NCBI RefSeq assembly: GCF_041686455.1
Contig: NZ_JAWLDW010000004.1
Coordinates: 64 to 64,063 of the forward strand
Length of the DNA: 64,000 nucleotides
Reading direction: 5' to 3'
DNA from: Rhodohalobacter sp.
Lineage (GTDB): Bacteria > Bacteroidota > Rhodothermia > Balneolales > Balneolaceae
Below the pieces are notes generated by a model, which was not told where the DNA came from, did not search any database, and saw only the letters and a program-made list of their open reading frames with translations. Below, piece after piece: positions 49,714 through 61,884 of this stretch. A program made the translations under genes and the position numbers. Each line of letters starts with the position of its first letter. The stretch's first letter is position 1.

Positions 49714-52113
49714 TTAAATCCCACTCTTCTCGTTACTGTCCTTTTCCTCGTCGATTGGAGGGTTTTCTGCAGAAGTCTGTTTATCGTCCTCTTGCTTAGA
49801 CTTTTCTTCGTTCTGTTTTTTCTTCTTTTTTTCCTCAGGATACTCAATCCTGCTGTGATAGACTCCAACCAGGATATTCAGAAATGAATTTTTAATGGTC
49901 TGTATATGCTTGAACGTAAGAGGGCAGTTACTGAGCTGACCATCATTAATATTGTCGTCTATAAGTCTGTTAATAAGATTTTCGAGCTTGCTGTAATTGG
50001 GATCCTTCATCGCCCTTGATGCTGCCTCAACACCATCAGCAAGCAACAGAATACCCTGTTCCTTGGTATATGGAATAGGGCCGTCGTACCGAAAATCTTC
50101 TTCAGGTATTGTCTCTTTCTGATTTTGAGCTTTGCCGTAAAAATATTTAATCAGTGAGGTACCGTGGTGCGTTTTAATAAATTCAATAATCACATTCGGG
50201 AGATCGTGTTCTTTTGCAATCTTGACTCCCTCGCTAACATGGTTTTTAATAACCAACGCACTCATTTTTGGCTTTAGCTTATCGTGGTCGTTCGACTTAT
50301 TCTGATTTTCAATAAAATAGGCCGGCTTATCCATTTTACCAATATCGTGATACATGGCGCCAACCCGGCACAATAGTCCATTCGCCCCAATTTCTGATGC
50401 TGCAGATTCCGCAAGATTCGCCACTTGGAGGCTATGGTGAAAGGTTCCCGGCGCTTCGTTCATTAATTTTTTCATTAATGGCAGATTGGTATCGCCCAGC
50501 TCTAACAGAGTAAAATCAGTGGTGATTTTGAAGAGCTTCTCAATCAATAGGATGAGTGGATAGGTGAAGAGAATAAAGATTGAATTGATAACAACAAAAA
50601 GTACATCTGTTGAAAACTGATCAAGACCGGTATAGCGTGTTAACGCGAAACCTCCCAATACAAAAAGATAACTTCCCATCACAACCCCGGGTGTTGTAAA
50701 GAAGAACTGTGATCTATTTTTAATATCTCGCACAGAAAAAACACCGAGGCTACAGGCAACGGTAGTGGCTATCAGATATTCAAAGCTGTTATCATGTATG
50801 ATGCCTGTAATCATAGCCATAGTAATAGTTGCTGTAAGTCCAACCCGCGAGTCAAAAATGATAGTGAGAATGATTGGAGCTACGGCTATAGGCACTATAT
50901 AGCTGTTAACGCTCTCTAACTGATATATAGCCGCGCTTCCTAGTATGAATAACCCCATCACAATAAAGACCAGCAGAAACATGGATGGGTTATTAAAAAT
51001 TTTGAGCCTGTAAAGATAGATGTAGAAAAGAAAGACAAGTGCAGCAGCAATAATGACTAGTGCCTCGCCAATGAATCGCAGTAGTTTTTCGTGGTCTGTG
51101 GCGGTAATTGCTCGCGCTTCGGCGAGGCTTTCCAGCATATTTGCACGCTCTTCCGTTACAATATCGCCCTTGCGAATGATGATTTCACCCTGTTCAACGG
51201 CACCCTTTGTAGTGGCGATGTTGTCCATCTTTTCGCTTAAAATAGTTTCTGTATCTTCTTCGCTATAGATATAGTTTGGCTCTATAATCTTTGAAAATAC
51301 TTCGAATCCTACTTCGGCAGCACTGCTTGTAAGAGACCTCTGGAGTTGGGATTCTGCGTAGTCCAAAGCTTCATTTGGATCAAAAGTACGCTCCACATTG
51401 ATTGTACGTTCAGTTCGATCAATAAGATTACGAACAATAATTTCTTCCTGCTTAATATTCGATTTTGTGCGATCTACAATTCCCCTGTTAAGCAGTTCGG
51501 TGGCAATGTTGCGGACATTTGATTGAACTTGTTCAATCAGCAGGGTTTCATTTGACGATTCCAGCCGTTTAGACTCGTAATCGTTCAATATTGTATTCCA
51601 GGCTTCTTCTGAGAGATCCAAACCTGAGAGTCTTCTCTCCTGATAAAATCGGGTACTGTCTTCATCAGCAGTGCTTTCGCTGTTAAGCTTAGCTCTTTGC
51701 CATTGCAGATAGTTGTCTAAAACCGGTTGAAGTGTTCTGTAAACCGAATCGATTCTGGCATCTATAGAAACAATTGCATTTTGATCGGCATGAAATACAG
51801 GCGGTGTGTTTTGTCTGATCTCCTGCCGTTCCTCTTCAATTTCTGAAGACGATTTTTTTAGGGAAAACGTAAAAGGTGCGGTCAGGTCATCAGACCTCCA
51901 GGGTTCACCTATAGTGTAGCTTGCCACCGGCTGAAAAGTAGTTTGCGGCAATGTGATGAGGATAGAAATCACAAATACTGAGAAAATGAGAATCCGAAGA
52001 TATTTAATCTTCTTTTTTTCGGCCTCTTTCAGTTTCTGTTTTTTCTTTTTTCCAATATTGGGTGAACTATTGCGAGTTTTTTGGCCTAAACCCAATTTTT
52101 CAAGAATGCTCAT
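49714..52113 (-). CDS. 7TM-HD (HDIG) phosphohydrolase, PgpH-like
   Basis: Extracellular 7TMR-HDED region, 7 TM, APGTFHHS, YHDIGK, THHGT, LADGVEAASR. Confidence 0.9.
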   Translation of the reverse strand: MSILEKLGLGQKTRNSSPNIGKKKKQKLKEAEKKKIKYLRILIFSVFVISILITLPQTTFQPVASYTIGEPWRSDDLTAPFTFSLKKSSSEIEEERQEIRQNTPPVFHADQNAIVSIDARIDSVYRTLQPVLDNYLQWQRAKLNSESTADEDSTRFYQERRLSGLDLSEEAWNTILNDYESKRLESSNETLLIEQVQSNVRNIATELLNRGIVDRTKSNIKQEEIIVRNLIDRTERTINVERTFDPNEALDYAESQLQRSLTSSAAEVGFEVFSKIIEPNYIYSEEDTETILSEKMDNIATTKGAVEQGEIIIRKGDIVTEERANMLESLAEARAITATDHEKLLRFIGEALVIIAAALVFLFYIYLYRLKIFNNPSMFLLVFIVMGLFILGSAAIYQLESVNSYIVPIAVAPIILTIIFDSRVGLTATITMAMITGIIHDNSFEYLIATTVACSLGVFSVRDIKNRSQFFFTTPGVVMGSYLFVLGGFALTRYTGLDQFSTDVLFVVINSIFILFTYPLILLIEKLFKITTDFTLLELGDTNLPLMKKLMNEAPGTFHHSLQVANLAESAASEIGANGLLCRVGAMYHDIGKMDKPAYFIENQNKSNDHDKLKPKMSALVIKNHVSEGVKIAKEHDLPNVIIEFIKTHHGTSLIKYFYGKAQNQKETIPEEDFRYDGPIPYTKEQGILLLADGVEAASRAMKDPNYSKLENLINRLIDDNINDGQLSNCPLTFKHIQTIKNSFLNILVGVYHSRIEYPEEKKKKKQNEEKSKQEDDKQTSAENPPIDEEKDSNEKSGI

Positions 52114-52246
52114 AATGATTGATTAGTAGAAAGGTAACCTCAACGTGTCACGAGTACCTGATTCATAGTATAGGGAAGGTGAGGTTCTATCAAAAATTGA
52201 TTTTTAATGATAAATCATAATTATCGTTTAGATAGTGTGGGCACGG

Positions 52247-54262
<2,016 letters not shown>

Positions 54263-55351
54263 TTAAAAAGATGGTCTGAGGACAACAGAGTCGGGTTCGG
54301 CTACGTTCGGGGGCAGTTCAAGCGGAACCGGTGATGCCCATCTTTCTTCATCTTCAAAAATATCTCGTGTCAATTCTACAGAATTCTGTTCTTCATTGAA
54401 ATACTCCTGACGGAAATTGTCAATCCGGTGTCCATTCAGGAAAAGAAGCATGCGCCCGTATTGACCACGAACACGAATGGTATCGCTGAACTCAAAATTA
54501 AAGGCTTTACCCTGCTCCAGCCAGTAGGGATCTACCCGGGGTTTTAGGTCGCTCCAAACGCGTATAGGTTCAAGACGATCCGTCGCTGCGTAAATGGTTA
54601 GGTAAAGAGTTTCTTCCAGTTCTGTAGGAACATCAATTTCTGGTTCTTGGGTGGGTGATTCTGTGATTTCCAATGGAATTCCGGATTCATCCTCCTGAAT
54701 AGTTTCTTCGGGAGCGGGCGGGGTACTTGTAATCTGGGGTTCGTCTGTTGCAAAAAAGTCATTTGTAAAAATATAGTAGGTTGTAAGTAACACTACAAGC
54801 ACGATCAGACCAATACCAATTAAACGAACTGGGGCATTATTTCGGTTGGTTGAAAATCTCTTCCCCATATCGGCCCAGTTTATGTTGCGAACATTCGGTG
54901 GTTCCGGCCGGCTCGATTTTTTTGGACGATTTGTAACGTCAGGTGCGTCGTATTGATGAGAAGTTCCAGCTTGATCAAAAACTTCGTTCTTTTTAGTTGA
55001 TTCATCTGCAGAATCGTCAGCAGGTTTATCTTCCGGAATTTTTTTATCTACCGGTTTTGCTGAAGGGGGTGCCAGTTCAGGATAGGCTTTTAAAAGCTGA
55101 TGATCATATCCTCCAACTTCTAATGCATCCAGGGCTTCCAAAACCAATTGATCATCGAGCCCCAGCTTACGGCCATAGGTGCGAACAAAACTTCTAATGT
55201 AGGTTTGAATCTCTTTTGATTCTTCAAAAATTGAATCGTCCTCAATGGATTTCAGTGTTGAGAGAGGAATCTTCGTTGCATTTTGAATGTCATGAATAGT
55301 GAGATCGAGGTGTTCTCGAATTTTGATTAAATCTTTCCCTAGTGAAGGCAT
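54263..55351 (-). CDS. RodZ-like HTH - TM - periplasmic domain protein
   Basis: LGKDLIKIRE..DLTI.DI..ATKIP..TL..IE; YIRSFVRTYGRKLGLD; single TM. Confidence 0.75.
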   Translation of the reverse strand: MPSLGKDLIKIREHLDLTIHDIQNATKIPLSTLKSIEDDSIFEESKEIQTYIRSFVRTYGRKLGLDDQLVLEALDALEVGGYDHQLLKAYPELAPPSAKPVDKKIPEDKPADDSADESTKKNEVFDQAGTSHQYDAPDVTNRPKKSSRPEPPNVRNINWADMGKRFSTNRNNAPVRLIGIGLIVLVVLLTTYYIFTNDFFATDEPQITSTPPAPEETIQEDESGIPLEITESPTQEPEIDVPTELEETLYLTIYAATDRLEPIRVWSDLKPRVDPYWLEQGKAFNFEFSDTIRVRGQYGRMLLFLNGHRIDNFRQEYFNEEQNSVELTRDIFEDEERWASPVPLELPPNVAEPDSVVLRPSF

Positions 55352-55506
55352 AAAATTTGTTTTTGAATTGTTTTCGCTGATCAAATCTAATTAAATATAG
55401 GGCTTTCCAAAAGATTCAACCTAAAAAGTACCACAATTTGTAAGGAACGGAGAAAAAATGGTTCATATAATTATAACAAGGATATTTTAATTCTATTCTT
55501 TCATCT

Positions 55507-56193
55507 ATGTGGAAAATATTGGAACCATATTTTGAACTGCTGTTTCCCGTAATTTGTCCATGTTGTGGTTCATCAATTCAGCAACCAGATAAACATCTAT
55601 GTAATTGGTGCGCCAAAGAGAGGTTTGAGTATTCTGGACTCGATCCAGACCTGATTTTGCCGGATTCTGTTAAACTTCAGTTTTCGATGTGGAAGTTTGA
55701 TAAAGGAGGATATTTACAGCAAATGCTTCATAATCTTAAGTATAATTATCTACAGTCAGTGGGTGTGGATTTAGGCGGTCTATTGGCAGAGAAATTTTTG
55801 TCGCAGTCTCATATATATCTGGATGAAATATTTAGACATGCTGAACCGATTATTGTTCCGATTCCCCTTCATAAAAGTAAGCTGCGAAAAAGGGGGTTTA
55901 ATCAGGCCGGAGCTTTGGCAACAGGTTTTGCAAAAAAGACAGGATGGAAAATTATCCGAAAGGGAACTGTTTTGCGAGTAAAGAGAACAAAAACACAGAC
56001 AGGCCTTTCTGTTGAAAAAAGAACGGGAAATTTGAAAAATGCATTTTTGGTGAAAGGAAAGATTGAATTAGAAGACAAGATTCCTGTAATCATAGACGAC
56101 GTATTTACGACAGGTGCAACCACATTCGAATTAGCCGGCGTTCTGCATAAAATAAGTAATCCGGCAGTTATCGTTACGGTAGCAAAAGCGTAA
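55507..56193 (+). CDS. comF: ComF family phosphoribosyltransferase-like protein
   Basis: CPCC..C..C zinc ribbon, PIPLH..K.RKRGFNQA, IIDDVFTTGAT. Confidence 0.9.
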   Translation: MWKILEPYFELLFPVICPCCGSSIQQPDKHLCNWCAKERFEYSGLDPDLILPDSVKLQFSMWKFDKGGYLQQMLHNLKYNYLQSVGVDLGGLLAEKFLSQSHIYLDEIFRHAEPIIVPIPLHKSKLRKRGFNQAGALATGFAKKTGWKIIRKGTVLRVKRTKTQTGLSVEKRTGNLKNAFLVKGKIELEDKIPVIIDDVFTTGATTFELAGVLHKISNPAVIVTVAKA

Positions 56194-56263
56194 ACTGAAT
56201 AACTGCAGCATCTATGGGGTTTTCAGTTCTTTTTCTCCACAATAGAGGCTATCTTTAGCCATT

Positions 56264-56902
56264 ATGTTTTCAAAGAAGTCTCACTCAATAAATATACTGG
56301 AAACCCCATTCTCTACCGTCACTTCAGGCGGTCACTGGTTCCATGCAACCAGGGAAACCGTCGAAAAGTACGTGCCCGGTTTGCTAAAAAAATATTCGTT
56401 CGAAAGTCTGATTTCCAAAGCAGTAACCTGGATTGATAGTGCAGATTCATTAGCCATGTTACTCTATCTCGGTTTGGCTTTTATTATGGATACTTGGTTG
56501 GCAGCAGTTATTGCATTTATTTTCCACTACTGGTGGTATCATAGAAAAAGTGCATTTGTAAATATTGTATTTGAAAAAACGGTGAGGATTTTAAATTCAG
56601 AACTTCTTCAGGTTTCGGTTGCCGCTGTAGCTCTTAGTTTTATGGGCATCAATGAAATGTATTTAGCTGTCTCAATTGGAATTATCTACTTTTTCCTCTT
56701 CAAAATAAGCTTGTTGAGAAGGCTTTGGGATAAGTTCGATTCAAACCGTAAAGGGGATAAACTTCCGTTAAACGATCGAGTACTAAAGATGGTTTTAATA
56801 CGATATGCCGTCTATGAGGATATTCCGCCGGTTGAAGTAGAAAAACTGGATCAGCAAATCAGACAGGCAGTCATCGATTTTAACACAAAAAAGAAAAAAT
56901 GA
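56264..56902 (+). CDS. hypothetical membrane protein
   Basis: 212 aa with 3-4 hydrophobic helices; ATGA-coupled to the next gene. Confidence 0.7.
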   Translation: MFSKKSHSINILETPFSTVTSGGHWFHATRETVEKYVPGLLKKYSFESLISKAVTWIDSADSLAMLLYLGLAFIMDTWLAAVIAFIFHYWWYHRKSAFVNIVFEKTVRILNSELLQVSVAAVALSFMGINEMYLAVSIGIIYFFLFKISLLRRLWDKFDSNRKGDKLPLNDRVLKMVLIRYAVYEDIPPVEVEKLDQQIRQAVIDFNTKKKK

Positions 56903-57510
56903 GTGTGAAACGGCTTTTAATAGCGCGTCACGGAGAAACGGATTATAACTTAAAGGGACTGCTACAGGGAAGAAGCATTGACGCTCCGCTGAATGAGACA
57001 GGGTGGACCCAGGCAGAAAAACTATCCAGCTACTTAACCAACTACACAGCAGATAAGCTGTATTGCAGTTCGTTACAGCGAACCTGGCAAACAGCAAAAC
57101 CCTTTAGCGAGAAGCATCAACTCGAAACAGTGCGTGAAAAAGGTCTCGACGAGATGGATTTCGGGGAATATGAAGGAATTCCATACATGGATGCTTCAGA
57201 CGATTTAAAGAAACTTAAACTGATCTGGCAATCCGGCAGCCTGAACACACCGATACCGGGAGGCGAATCTCCGGTCGAAGTATTTGAAAGAGCAAATGAC
57301 GTAATACAACGCGATATTGAAAACCGTAAGAGTGATACTTTGGTTTATGTATTGCATGGCCGATTGATCCGAATCTTGCTATCAAAATGGCTGGGATACG
57401 GGTTGGAAAACATGCACAAAGTTGAACATCAGAACGGGGCTGTAAATCATCTTGTTTATGACGATGGATTTAAGGCTGTGTACCTGAATAAAACCGATCA
57501 TTTGAAGTGA
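56899..57510 (+). CDS. histidine phosphatase (phosphoglycerate mutase-like)
   Basis: RHGETDYN, SSLQRT.QTA, EMDFG.YEG, PGGES, LHG..IR. Confidence 0.9.
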   Translation: MSVKRLLIARHGETDYNLKGLLQGRSIDAPLNETGWTQAEKLSSYLTNYTADKLYCSSLQRTWQTAKPFSEKHQLETVREKGLDEMDFGEYEGIPYMDASDDLKKLKLIWQSGSLNTPIPGGESPVEVFERANDVIQRDIENRKSDTLVYVLHGRLIRILLSKWLGYGLENMHKVEHQNGAVNHLVYDDGFKAVYLNKTDHLK

Positions 57511-57541
57511 AATTGATTCTTATTTAAAGTTTTGTAGAGTT

Positions 57542-58231
57542 ATGAGTGAAAAAGTTAGAAATATGTTTGCCGATATTGCCGATGACTATGATCGGATAAA
57601 CGGCATTTTGTCTTTTGGCGTGCACAATGCATGGAGAAAGAAAACGGTGCTTGAAAGCAGAGCAAAGCCGGGTGACAGGGTATTGGATTGCGCAACAGGA
57701 ACAGGTGACTTGGCTCTTGAGTTTAAAAAAACGGTAGGCCACCAAGGGTATGTACTGGGCACAGATTTCTGCAAAGAGATGATAGAACACGCTCCGGCAA
57801 AAGCAGAAGATGAAAATCTTGTGGTTGAGTTTGAAGTTGCCGATGCAATGGACCTTCCTTACGATGATAATTCATTTGATGTAACCAGTATCGCTTTTGG
57901 AATTCGAAATGTTGATGATCCTTCAGTTGCATTGAAAGAGATGGCAAGGGTTGTAAAACCGGGAGGCCGGGTGGTTGTGCTGGAATTTGGCCAGCCGGAA
58001 GGGCTGATCCGATATCCTTATCAGTTTTACAGCAAACACGTAATGCCAACGGTAGGTGGATGGATTAGTGGAAATCGTGAAGCTTATACCTACCTACCTG
58101 AAACGAGTGCTAAATTTCCGGCAGGTGACAAATTTCTGAACTTGATGAACCAAACAGAATCTTTCTCTTCAACGAAAGCTATAAAACTTACCGGCGGAAT
58201 TGCTTACGTCTATGTGGGTACCGTAGCTTAG
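57542..58231 (+). CDS. menG: UbiE/MenG C-methyltransferase
   Basis: MF.DIA.DYDRIN..LS, LDCATGTGDLA, ADAMDLP, FGIRNV, YTYLPET. Confidence 0.88.
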   Translation: MSEKVRNMFADIADDYDRINGILSFGVHNAWRKKTVLESRAKPGDRVLDCATGTGDLALEFKKTVGHQGYVLGTDFCKEMIEHAPAKAEDENLVVEFEVADAMDLPYDDNSFDVTSIAFGIRNVDDPSVALKEMARVVKPGGRVVVLEFGQPEGLIRYPYQFYSKHVMPTVGGWISGNREAYTYLPETSAKFPAGDKFLNLMNQTESFSSTKAIKLTGGIAYVYVGTVA

Positions 58232-58371
58232 ATTTGTTATATTCACAAACAATAATAGCATTTTGGGTATGAATTTAAGACATGGTGATGTCAATCTGAA
58301 TATCTTTAAATACCCAAAGATGTTGACTACTGTGCAGGCCAATAATTTTTATAATTTTATAAGCTAAGAAC

Positions 58372-58809
58372 ATGAAAATCGAAGAGATTAAAAATTACAT
58401 TCCACATCGCTACCCCTTCCTTTTGATAGACCGGGTTATTGAACTGGAAGAAGATCGAATTGTGACTATTAAAAATGTCACTGTAAATGAAGATTATTTT
58501 AACGGACACTTTCCGGGATCTCCTATTATGCCGGGAGTACTTCAGGTAGAAGCGATGGCACAAACGGGGGCATTAATGATTATGAAAAATCAGGTTGATG
58601 ATCCGGAAAATACGCTGATGGTGTTTACAGGAATCAAAAATGCGAAATTCAGAAAAAGCGTGGTTCCAGGAGATCAGCTTCGAATAGAGGTAAAGCTTGA
58701 TAGCCAGAGAAGAAATTTTATCACCATGGTAGGTAAGGCAACAGTTGATGACAAGGTTGTCTGTGAACTGGAAGCATCAGCTGCACTTGTATCAAAGGAT
58801 AACGCATGA
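58372..58809 (+). CDS. fabZ: 3-hydroxyacyl-ACP dehydratase
   Basis: [46 protein letters not shown]. Confidence 0.95.
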   Translation: MKIEEIKNYIPHRYPFLLIDRVIELEEDRIVTIKNVTVNEDYFNGHFPGSPIMPGVLQVEAMAQTGALMIMKNQVDDPENTLMVFTGIKNAKFRKSVVPGDQLRIEVKLDSQRRNFITMVGKATVDDKVVCELEASAALVSKDNA

Positions 58810-59633
58810 GTACTGAACTTCCTTCCCAAAAAAGAGACAAGGTAACTACTCAAACCGTGGTAGATATGAAACGCCACGGTGAAAAAATCAGCATGCTTAC
58901 CGCGTACGACTTTACCATGGCCGGAATTATAGACGGTGCCGGAGTGGATGTAATTCTGGTTGGTGACTCTGCAAGCAATGTAATGGCAGGACACGAAACT
59001 ACTGTTCCAATGACAATGGACCAGATGATTTATCATACACAGTGTGTGGTGCGTGGTGTAGACCGGGCTTTGGTTATTGCTGATTTGCCATTTATGAGCT
59101 ACCAGGTAACAACGAAAGAAGCTTTAAAAAGTGCTGGCAGAATGATGAAAGAAGCAGGTGCACACGCTGTTAAAATGGAAGGTGGTGATCCTATTTCCAA
59201 TACGGTGAAGCGAATTGTAGAGGCCGGTATTCCGGTAATGGGTCATTTAGGCCTCACACCACAGAGCATATATCAATTTGGCACCTATAAGGTGAGAGCC
59301 AAAGAGGAGCAGGAAGCAGATCAGCTTTTGAAAGATGCCAAAATTCTTGAAGAGGCGGGTGTGTTTTCCATTGTTCTCGAAAAAATTCCTTCAAGCTTAG
59401 CCAAGCGCGTTACTGAATCCGTATCTGTACCTACAATTGGAATCGGTGCAGGCCCGCACTGCGATGGTCAAGTTTTGGTTTTGCACGATATGCTGGGATT
59501 AAACAAAGATTTTTCCCCGCGTTTTCTTAGAAGATATGCAGATTTGCATTCCGAAATGGATAATGCGGTAAAAGAATATATTGATGATGTGAAAAGCGGC
59601 GATTTTCCGAATGAAGAAGAGCAGTATAAGTAA
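58806..59633 (+). CDS. panB: 3-methyl-2-oxobutanoate hydroxymethyltransferase
   Basis: [45 protein letters not shown]. Confidence 0.97.
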   Translation: MSTELPSQKRDKVTTQTVVDMKRHGEKISMLTAYDFTMAGIIDGAGVDVILVGDSASNVMAGHETTVPMTMDQMIYHTQCVVRGVDRALVIADLPFMSYQVTTKEALKSAGRMMKEAGAHAVKMEGGDPISNTVKRIVEAGIPVMGHLGLTPQSIYQFGTYKVRAKEEQEADQLLKDAKILEEAGVFSIVLEKIPSSLAKRVTESVSVPTIGIGAGPHCDGQVLVLHDMLGLNKDFSPRFLRRYADLHSEMDNAVKEYIDDVKSGDFPNEEEQYK

Positions 59634-59695
59634 TCTGCGGAATCCAGATCAGTTTTTCCAGCGGATGAGATTTGAAAAAAGATAATTATTAGTAG

Positions 59696-60460
59696 ATGTC
59701 AAAACCTCGTAAGCCTCTGATTTTAGTTTGTAATGATGACGGAATTTTTTCCCAGGGGATTCAGGCGCTCGCTGAAGTAGCTGATGAATTTGGTGATGTT
59801 GCCATTATCGCTCCGGATCGACAGCAGAGTGCTGTTGGTCACGCCATAACCGTTTCTACTCCGCTTCGTGCACGCCCTTTTCGGATTGACGGACGTTTTG
59901 ACGGACAGGCCGTATCCGGAACTCCCGCCGACTCTGTAAAACTGGCTCATAATCAGCTTTTGGACCGAAAACCGGACCTGGTAGTGAGTGGTATCAATCA
60001 CGGAAGTAATGCGGGGATAAACATTCTCTATTCGGGAACTGTAAGTGCAGCTACGGAAGGCACCATTCTGGGTTATCCCTCAATTGCTGTATCCTGTACC
60101 GATTTTGACGAAGACGCCGATCTGTCCGGATGTCAGGATGCTGCTCGTAAAGTGATCGGATATGTTTTAAATCACGGATTACCCAGAGGAGTTACCCTTA
60201 ACCTGAATGCGCCATCAGGTCCTTTAAAAGGGATTAAATGGGCACGCCAGGCGAACAGCCGGTATGTGGAAGAATTTGAGGGCAGGGTTGATCCCCACAA
60301 TCGTAATTACTATTGGATGACGGGTAAATTTCAGCTTTTAGATGAGGATGAAAAAAACGATATCTCTATCCTGGAGAAAGGATATGCATCACTCACACCA
60401 ATTCAGTATGATCTGACAGCCTACTCTCTTCTGAACGACTTGAAAGATATTGAATTATAA
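59696..60460 (+). CDS. surE: 5'/3'-nucleotidase SurE
   Basis: NDDG, APD.QQSA, GTPADSV, SGINHGSN, YSGTVSAA.E, S.TP.QYDLT. Confidence 0.96.
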   Translation: MSKPRKPLILVCNDDGIFSQGIQALAEVADEFGDVAIIAPDRQQSAVGHAITVSTPLRARPFRIDGRFDGQAVSGTPADSVKLAHNQLLDRKPDLVVSGINHGSNAGINILYSGTVSAATEGTILGYPSIAVSCTDFDEDADLSGCQDAARKVIGYVLNHGLPRGVTLNLNAPSGPLKGIKWARQANSRYVEEFEGRVDPHNRNYYWMTGKFQLLDEDEKNDISILEKGYASLTPIQYDLTAYSLLNDLKDIEL

Positions 60461-61312
60461 GCTGTTATTTTTCAGTGTTTTGGCTATATCGAGCCACATC
60501 TGGTTCACCAACGGTTTCCGCTCTTTGCTAACCTGGAGATCGATCTGCTCGAGATGGCTAAGCGAGTACTCACCAATATGCTCGCCCCAAACGGCGCTAT
60601 CTGCAGTTACGAAAGAGTCATTCACACCCTCTTTTTGATAAATCAGCTGATTTTGCAGACGCAGAATTGGATTCAAGGGATACTTGGTTCCTTTTCCTAC
60701 ACAAGCACTGATCGAAAAGTATTGAATATCTTCGTGATTAGGAGTTGACGGATTGAATGTCTCCTTAATGTAGTTTCGTGTCAATTGCTCAACAGCAGCG
60801 ACGGCATTACTTTTCTGATCCGGAAATACATTCTCACCAAACCAGTTCATTAGTTCATTCAGTTTCTCCTTGAGTAGCTCAGGAGTGGTCAAAACAATTT
60901 CGGCGAGGCTTGTGCCGTGGTGAGGTGTAGCAACGGTTGTGAGGGAAGCCACCGAGCTGCTGATGCCGAGGTTATGGATAGCGTACCTCATATCCAGGCC
61001 TCCCATGCTGTGAGCAATAACATTGAACTTTTCATACCCATACTTTTCCTGAAGCTGTTTAATGCGCTCAGACCACTGGCTGGCACGTATTTCGATTGTA
61101 GCGTAGGGCACTATGTTTGGAGCAAAGGCTTGAATTCCAAAACTTCTGAGACGCAGACAGGAGTCGTGCATCGGAGAAGGTTTCATCAGCATAGACATAC
61201 TTCCATACCCGTGGCAAAGCAGTACCGGATGGTTAAGTTGAATAATATCCGGTTGGGGGAATTCATCGAGCTTAAGCTTCTTTAGATATTTTTGAGGTTC
61301 AATCCACTTCAT
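60455..61312 (-). CDS. lipase-family alpha/beta hydrolase
   Basis: VLLCHGY, AHSMGGLD.R, TPHHGT.LA, ND.FV...SA.WG, HL.QI. Confidence 0.85.
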   Translation of the reverse strand: MKWIEPQKYLKKLKLDEFPQPDIIQLNHPVLLCHGYGSMSMLMKPSPMHDSCLRLRSFGIQAFAPNIVPYATIEIRASQWSERIKQLQEKYGYEKFNVIAHSMGGLDMRYAIHNLGISSSVASLTTVATPHHGTSLAEIVLTTPELLKEKLNELMNWFGENVFPDQKSNAVAAVEQLTRNYIKETFNPSTPNHEDIQYFSISACVGKGTKYPLNPILRLQNQLIYQKEGVNDSFVTADSAVWGEHIGEYSLSHLEQIDLQVSKERKPLVNQMWLDIAKTLKNNSL

Positions 61313-61769
61313 GAGAATCCTGGCCGGGTAAAATTTCTGGTTGATTTTGCTGCAGTATCAAATCCTGATCATCCTGTATAATAAGTGTTCTGTAGATCTG
61401 GTCATTAACCAACAAGTGCAATCGCATATCTTTTGCAGGAAACTCTACCTTGGCAACCGGATTGATTCGATAAGGCCATAATTCCTGTTTCATTGTATAA
61501 TGTAAAGTGGTCTTTGAAAAGTTGGGAGCTACTCTAATGTTATAAACACTCCGCGAAAAAACAGAATCTACCTGAATATCTCTTTTACGAACCTGATTTG
61601 AGGCAATATTAAAGTCTTCGAGTGTTAATGTGATCAGAGAATCTATCTGTGAACTGCGGACCAGTTTTTTTTGTGTTATTGGAGAAGTGCCAATTAACAA
61701 ATAGGTAGCCAGAATGCAGGATAGAGCTAGTAAAATTACAATAAATTTCCGTCTGCTTTCAGACTGCAT
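61299..61769 (-). CDS. hypothetical protein with N-terminal TM anchor
   Basis: 156 aa ORF overlapping the lipase start; N-terminal hydrophobic helix. Confidence 0.65.
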   Translation of the reverse strand: MQSESRRKFIVILLALSCILATYLLIGTSPITQKKLVRSSQIDSLITLTLEDFNIASNQVRKRDIQVDSVFSRSVYNIRVAPNFSKTTLHYTMKQELWPYRINPVAKVEFPAKDMRLHLLVNDQIYRTLIIQDDQDLILQQNQPEILPGQDSHEVD

Positions 61770-61884
61770 AAATATAAACCCTGTGATTAACGGTTAACCT
61801 GGTTTTAACGATTTTGAACAGAACATTGTGGCCTGTACTTTCTACAGATATTTAAAATCATAATGTAAGAATTGATTTCGACTG

